Source of the DNA: Eledone cirrhosa
Lineage: Eukaryota
Length of the DNA stretch: 64,000 nt
Assembly (NCBI GenBank): GCA_964016885.1
Contig: OZ024743.1
Coordinates: 116,808,001-116,872,000, forward strand
Direction: 5' to 3'
Positions within the stretch are counted from its first letter, which is position 1, and every line of letters begins with the position of its first letter. A program made the position numbers and the translations under genes. Of this stretch, positions 56,084-64,000 are shown piece after piece. Below the pieces are notes generated by a model. The model ran no database searches. It had not been told where the DNA came from and saw nothing but the letters and a program-made list of their open reading frames with translations.

Positions 56084-56925
56084 TATATATATGAAGTGAA
56101 GTTGGGCGTTGTTTGTTTGTTTGTTTGTTTGGTGTCACGAACTTGCAGGCTACACCGTTCATCCGATTTTCATGAAACTTGACACATATATAAAACCCGA
56201 ACAGTAGATTAGAATAGGCTACGTGTAATTTTCGAAAAATCGATAATCGGGCCCCCAGAAGCCAAAAATCGATACTTTCAAAAATCGTCCGATTTCGATG
56301 GAACTCGACGCAAGTGTGTATTTTGATCCGGGGATGAACGTGGGCTACATTAAATTTTCGAAAACTCGATAATTGGATCACCAGAAGCAAAAATCGATAT
56401 TTACGAAATTTGTCCGATTCCAATGTAATTTGACGTAGGTAAGTATTTTGATGCGGGGATCAACGTGGGGTACTTGAAATTTTCCAGACATCTATAATCG
56501 GACCCACAGAAGCAAAAATCGATATTTTCAGAATTCATCCGATTTCAATGAAATTTGATATTACCACAATATAGATCCATTAGGAGTTACTTCAAGGCTG
56601 CACAATTTCAGAAAATTTTTTTAACTCATAAATCATGCGTTAATTGAGACCTTTAAGAGTTAGGGCAGACAATTATTCATAGTTTAATTATCAATGGTGC
56701 AATATTGTGGAAATATGCAAATCTACGCCTTTCTTTATGGGAAAATGGAAAGCTTTACAAACAGATATTCAGGGTTCTTTGAATAGAATTCTTAATTCTT
56801 AAATCAACAAAATATATGACAGAATGTTTTTCATTTTTTTTTTCCAAAATCTTTCGATTTCAATGAAATTTAATGTGTGTGTAGTCGAACACAAGCACTT
56901 TTAGTTTACACTTGGCGCTACCAAA
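56084..56925 (+). mobile_element. Second (tandem) Helitron 5' portion
   Basis: 56094-56458 is similar to 52570-52884, with repeated aaaaatcgatattttc..ccgatttc subunits. Confidence 0.7.
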
Positions 56926-57716
56926 ATCGGTGGAATCGTGAACGAGAGAATAAAGACCATCAAACCTGGTTGAAATGTGAGCAAGGAAGGAATTTCGCAC
57001 AGGTCTAACGGGAGGAAGAAGGGGTCTGGTCTGCGAATTCGGTAAACATAAGTTCTGTGAAGTCGCAGACGAGAGAGAGAGAAAACAAATTCATACCGGC
57101 TTGGCCAAGTGCCCGCGAGAAAAGGATTACGGACAGGTCAAACGGGAAGAAAGCGGAGGAGGAGAGGTAGTGACAGAGAGTGAGTGAGTGAAAGGTGAGG
57201 AAGAGGCTAACAGAGAGAGAGAGACTGCTAGAAAGGGTAAAGACACAAAGAACGAAACAGACTGGTGGCAGCGGAGGAAAAAATATATGTGTAAATATGA
57301 TAATAATGGAGCTGCGGCGCTGCAAATGGGTTACATATGAAAAAGTTTGTCCTCATCAGTGGCCTTCCAACCGTCGTAGGCATTTCGTCGCTTTAAAGGC
57401 CATATACCTCAGGTTGGTGCGAGCAACGGCTAAAAAAAGTCGTTGGGACACGTAAATAAAGGGGCGCTAGGGTAAACAAACAAAATGGTTTAAGCAACAG
57501 AAAGTGATGAAGAAGAAAGAAACAAGTCCCAGATTTCTATGAATATAAATTCGGTGGAGTCGTGAACGAGAGAATAAAGACCATCAAACCTGGTTGAAAT
57601 GTGAGCAAGGAAGGAATTTCGCACAGGTCTAACGGGAGGAAGAAGGGGTCTGGTCTGCGAATTCGGTAAACATAAGTTCTGTGAAGTCGCAGACGAGAGA
57701 GAGAGAAAAAAAATTC
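56925..57716 (-). mobile_element. Family R3 copy, ~625-nt unit plus partial direct repeat
   Basis: Homologous to 50015-50680. 56927-57085 is repeated at 57551-57710. Confidence 0.88.
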
Positions 57717-57730
57717 TATATATATATATA

Positions 57731-58703
57731 AAGGGAAGTACAGCATAATCGAAGCTCTGGCTGCAGATAAGCTAACGAATACAATCGGGATGTGCAGCTA
57801 AGCACTCAATAATGTATTTTACCTTAGAGTTATAACATTCCGTTTAGACACCGGCCGATGAGCGAGCCGCAGTGACCAAAGCAACGGAAAAAACTGACTC
57901 AGGAAAAATATGACAAGCCTGGACCATCGCGTTGATATTATTCAATATCTCTGCTAGGTTTCTGTAAATCCGAAATCAACAAAATCCACCAGGAGGGGCC
58001 TGCAAGTTTTGGAAGATAGAACAGTGGAATTTACTTCGTCAACAATGTTTCGTTCTAGGCCACCCCGGTTGTGAAAACTAGCAGTAAACACCGCCAGTAG
58101 TCACGTGATTTTCCCGAAGGGGAGTAGCCCCCGGTTTTGGCGGTCAAATTCAAAATTTGAACAAAGGAACATGTTCCCTAATACAAACCGAACAAATCTC
58201 TCGACTAGATGTTATTAAACAAACATAAACAATTAACCAATCAATAGAATTGTCTAATTAAATTAATCAATTAATCATTAAGTCTAGGAGATAATAATAC
58301 AAAAATACAAAGGGTAGTACAGCATAATCGAAGCTCTGGTTGCAGCTAAGCTAACGAATGCAATCGGGATGTGCAGCTAACCAATCAATAACGTATTTTA
58401 CCTTGAGTTATAACATTATGTTCAGACAGCTTTGCAAATTGAAGATAGTGACCGATAAGCGAGCCGCAGTGACCAAAGAAACGAAAAAAACTGACTCAGG
58501 AGAAATATGACAAACCTGGACCATCGCGTTGATATTATACACTTATCCGCTAGGTTTCTGTAAATCCGAAATCAACAAAATTCACTTGCAGGGGCCTGTA
58601 AGTTATTGGTTTTGGAAGATAGAACAGTGGAATTTACTTCGTCAACAAGTTTTCATTCTAGGCCGCTCCGGTTGTGAAAAATAGCAGTAAACTCCGCCAG
58701 TAG

Positions 58704-58706
<3 letters not shown>
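57731..58706 (-). mobile_element. Family R2 copy, ~1.65 units of ~580-600 nt with two variant HHRs, in (TA)n
   Basis: 57731-58103 is repeated at 58310-58706. Minus strand aaacttg-TTGACGA-a-gtaaattcc..ggatttac-a-GAAA-cc..gg-TC-caggttt at 58512-58652. Confidence 0.8.
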
Positions 58707-58763
<57 letters not shown>

Positions 58764-58768
<5 letters not shown>

Positions 58769-58890
58769 AAAAGAGTCAGGACCCAGGGGTCCTGACTCTT
58801 TTCCTATTACCCACTCTACTACCCTAAGTATTGAGTACTCTGGTGCGTTATGGTCCATCTGGTTCCTTACCACACTTTCTTTGTTCTTTG
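58764..58890 (+). mobile_element. Short fold-back copy of the 44862 family
   Basis: ataggaaaagagtcaggaccc-ag-gggtcctgactcttttcctat palindrome, then the shared tail; (TA)n on both sides. Confidence 0.75.
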
Positions 58891-58903
58891 TTATATATAT
58901 ATG

Positions 58904-59049
<146 letters not shown>

Positions 59050-60264
59050 CATCCATATATACATCCAGATCCATCCATTGGTCCTAGCCTACTGTCAAAT
59101 CTATCCATCCACCGCACCACACATGCACACATATTGGACCTAATCATTGCAGTTTTATATTTTTGGCTCTATCAGTTGCATCTTCACCAATGTCAGTTAT
59201 GGCCTCAAATTCTCTCTCTGCAATAGCCTATATATCTGTCAAACCAACCCCCTGTGTAGCTAATAATTCATGGAGCCCCTCGACGGCACCCAGTCCACCA
59301 ACCATTCAACTGTTGCTGGCTTCACCGAGAACAGCAGTTGTATTCTCTCTTCAAACCTTCGCCCTCATCAACTCACAGTCACAATTTATAACCTTCCGTA
59401 TTTGTAATCTTCAGCATTTTCACAAAACATACCTAACAGATACGCCTACACACATCCCCCAGCACACTTAACTCTACAAACTAATAATGTTTCTGAGCTG
59501 CATTTCAGAACAAAAATACTATAAATCATGTAAATAATTGCAATTAACTACTTTCACTACTCGCCCCCAGAACTCTTGTCATTTTGTTTCGTAATTTCCA
59601 TTTAAAGTCTCATGTATTTCTTTGAATATATTTGTTCATATACAGCTTAATTTTCACTATATGATGAAACAAAAGGTTTATATTTCTTTGAGAACAACTC
59701 AACCTGAATTTATCTATTTTTGTAGTTTAAATTACTTCCATTATTTGTGTCTATATAAATGAAGTTAATTAATAATTTGTATTCCTATCTATCACGATTA
59801 CATTATGTAACGGCCACACAAGGAACAATTCATTGAAAATCATTATGTGAACTTTGGGCGTTTGCTCTTCATATATTCGAATTACAAAAGACATGATTTC
59901 GTGTGCATTGAATTAATGTTGAATTCATGATAAATGCTGCCTTAGCCGCCATGTTTTTACCTACTATGAGAAATGTAGTTTTCCTCTGGTTCATTAACGT
60001 GATTAAAATGTTGATTTGGAATGAATATTCATGTCTTCTTTCTTTCTCACCTTTATCACTTAACGCGTTATAATAGTAATCAAAGGAATAAATATTTCGC
60101 AATTATAACGAAACAATTTCTTTAAAGCTGCAAAGTGATAGCAAGAGAGCTTAAAATGGGTGATTGGGTTTAGAGCCATCGTATAATTATATATAATTTA
60201 CTCGGAAGGACATTTTCACGCACACATACACACATACTCATATTCACTCATATTCACACACACA

Positions 60265-60313
<49 letters not shown>

Positions 60314-61256
60314 GAGAGAAAGAGAAAGAGAGAACTTTCAACACATTCGCATGATCGATTAGGTCAAAAATATTATAGTGACAACGAATACTAAAAAATC
60401 AATATCTATCAGCATTCAGGCAAAGCTTCACAAATATCTAATTATTATACACTAGTAGTAGTACCTGACATTCCGTGGGTGCTAAATATATAGAACAAGA
60501 TTTTACGAGGAGGTAAACTGAAGTGTCTTTATATAGCTTTTATTTGTTATGTAGTTGTATTTGCATGTATTTCTCATTTCTCATTTTAATATAGATAAAT
60601 CTCTAAATGAGATTTTCGGACATCTATGATATGTGAAGATTTTAAGGCTGTTTTTTTTTATTATTAATTTCAATTCCGTCAATTCAGAAAAGCTATCTCT
60701 ATGTTTAGATTTCTATATGTTCTGGTGATTCCAAATGGATATGTTATATTTAAATCAGAAGCTATTCTAAGAGGAATGGGTTTTAGTTGAGTGTACAATA
60801 TTTTTAGATATACGGTCTGGTGCTCTGGTGAAAAGATTTCTGCTTAACTCATCAAAAAATCACAATGGTTACAAATTCCCAGTTAAGATTTTGTTTACAT
60901 ATGAAACTTTGAAATATAACTGTTCGTTAGACGTATATAACTGAACATGACAGAAGCGTATCTAATCCACAAGTATGTATGTGTGTAAATGAGACACATT
61001 ACTGCTACTTAAAATGAATAAAATGGCCGAATGTTTAATTTTAATTTTATTTTATCAACATCGCTCAGATGAAAGCCATTTTCGAGAGCTGATACTTTTA
61101 ATCAGTTATTTGGTGTGTTCTACGAATTACCAATCACACTAATGTTTAACTCTGCATTTCTCAGACGGTTGTCTCTTCCAGAATATCAACAATTGACTCC
61201 ATGAAACATAGATAAAAATAATCCAATGAAATTCCATTCAGTTTCGTGCATGTATG

Positions 61257-61339
<83 letters not shown>

Positions 61340-61341
<2 letters not shown>

Positions 61342-61500
61342 TAATGAATTCCGTAAAAGTAATTATATCCAAAGTTCGTAAAGCACTCAGTCCGAGGTCT
61401 GAGTTGTAATATACAAAATTAATTTATATTCACATGTTCATCTGTCGAATAGGAGCGTTTCGCTGTGGAATTATTTCGGTAGCTCGCCAATCCGACATCC
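61340..61500 (-). mobile_element. Degenerate HHR-bearing element end next to (TA)n
   Basis: Minus strand TTGGCGA-gct...agc-GAAA-cgc-TC at ~61453-61491, followed by the ctgagtgc motif. Confidence 0.35.
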
Positions 61501-62510
61501 TGCACTGTAATGTATACTGACGGGATCTGAATTCTACTAGAGAGTTCTTATGGAAGCGTAGAGAATTTATGGGGTTCTATAGTCAGTTATATAAGGGGGG
61601 ATATCTTTTATTTAGGCTTCCGTAAATTGGAAAAAAAAATAATTTAGAACTGCGGTATCTATTATGTAGACTGGAAAGATATATCCGGGTATTGGCCTAA
61701 AATGTTGATTGGGTAGTATATAGAGGTTAGTGCGTTATAGAAGGAGAGCTCTTTTTCTTCTTATTTAGTATATTAGAAAGATATTATAGAAGTGAAGGTT
61801 TTATAATGAAGAGTGGGGATAATCTCGGAGTGTAGGGTTGTGCATTGTCGCTTCTTAAAATTATGTGTAGCGAGCTAGTTAGCTCACTTGATAGTTCTAA
61901 AAGGCAAGATAATTTATTTTTCATATTCTTCCCTAAGTCACTTGTTAATTGACTTGTCACAGATATTCCTGATACATATAGTTCAAAGCCGACACCAGAA
62001 ACGTAAATGGCGAGTTCGAATTAAATAAAATTTAAAATGAAATGTAACACAGATCTGATTGTAGAAACGTGAATGACTAAATCGAATTCGGCAAGATTTG
62101 AAATTAAATATATATGAATTACCTTATATAAAGAAAAGTTTTACACACATAAATACATACATTATGATATAACTTATAAAGTAGTGTATAATATTGATAA
62201 AATAAATTTATGCATTAATTCTATTGGGTATATAATTATTTTTGAAAGGCCTAACCTATAGGATACACAAATGTTTATCTAAGGTACATCTTGTTTTAAA
62301 TTACCAAATTTACATAAAATTAAAACGTCGGTAAAGGTTAAATTGTTTCTTCGTTATTAATATAACATTTTTTCCTGTTTGTTCAATTTAAAGTTATAAT
62401 GTCTAAACGTCTTTATTAATTATTCATTAACAGTACATTTTAATATATATGCATATCGGTCACCTCGGTCTCAGTATCGCAGACTCTCTCTCTCTCTCTC
62501 TCTGTCTCTG

Positions 62511-63540
<1,030 letters not shown>

Positions 63541-63763
63541 AGAGAGAGAGTGAGAGAGGGAGTCTCCACTAATCATGTGAGTACTCGTTACATGAGTAGA
63601 TGTAGTGTGGCTATAGAAATATGTAAAATCCCGACCACGAGACCAGCCTTAACCGCTTGGCACCGCAGTGGGTATTTTACACACACACACACACATATAT
63701 CTGTGTTTACATGTATGTATCTATGTATTATGTATGTGTGTGTAAAAATATGTGTGTACATAC

Positions 63764-63798
<35 letters not shown>

Positions 63799-64000
63799 AA
63801 AAATATGGACGGGCTGTGTGGTTACTGATAACGGGTATTAGGAGGTAAAGAGACACAAACAAGAGATACACAGTGTACCTTCTGCATCTGTATATATATG
63901 TTAGTAGATATACTAATTCTTTATATATATACATATATATTGTGTGTGGTTCATTATGCTGATTGTGAGAGTAGATGGTGTATATATTTTATCAAATGAT

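Noticed and set aside
60451-60485. Possible minus-strand Helitron 3' end (hairpin plus CTAG)
   Set aside because: The hairpin is poorly paired and no matching 5' end was found.
61500-61950. Possible coding relic of an autonomous Penelope-like element
   Set aside because: No RT or GIY-YIG motif was recognisable by eye; it would need a translated search.

Overview
AT-rich, microsatellite-dense eukaryotic non-genic DNA. The SINE families and repeat profile suggest a cephalopod, probably an octopus (inference, not verified). I found no credible host gene, and most listed ORFs are microsatellite artefacts. Recognisable transposon content: decayed R4/Dong-type RLE LINEs (6.0-8.1 kb, 29.7-37.2 kb), a full-length but disrupted Tx1/L1-type LINE (37.4-43.2 kb, minus), CRE-like and CR1/L2-like remnants, an RTE-derived non-autonomous element, an internally deleted RepHel Helitron plus non-autonomous Helitrons, and many tRNA-derived SINEs. 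The main discovery is that the apparently unique spacers between (TA)n tracts are mostly short non-coding elements in partial-tandem or fold-back form, and they carry hammerhead-ribozyme (HHR) motifs (roughly 25-30 intact, degenerate or half motifs, found by eye). They resemble Penelope-like pseudo-LTRs or retrozymes from several families. One family (48.7, 50-52.4 and 57 kb) has all hammerhead core elements in an order that is not a circular permutation of types I/II/III, supported by covariation across three diverged variants. Another has a conserved U3 core variant with extended stems. In two copies the element 5' end coincides with the predicted cleavage site. All structures were derived by manual pairing, and no activity has been tested.
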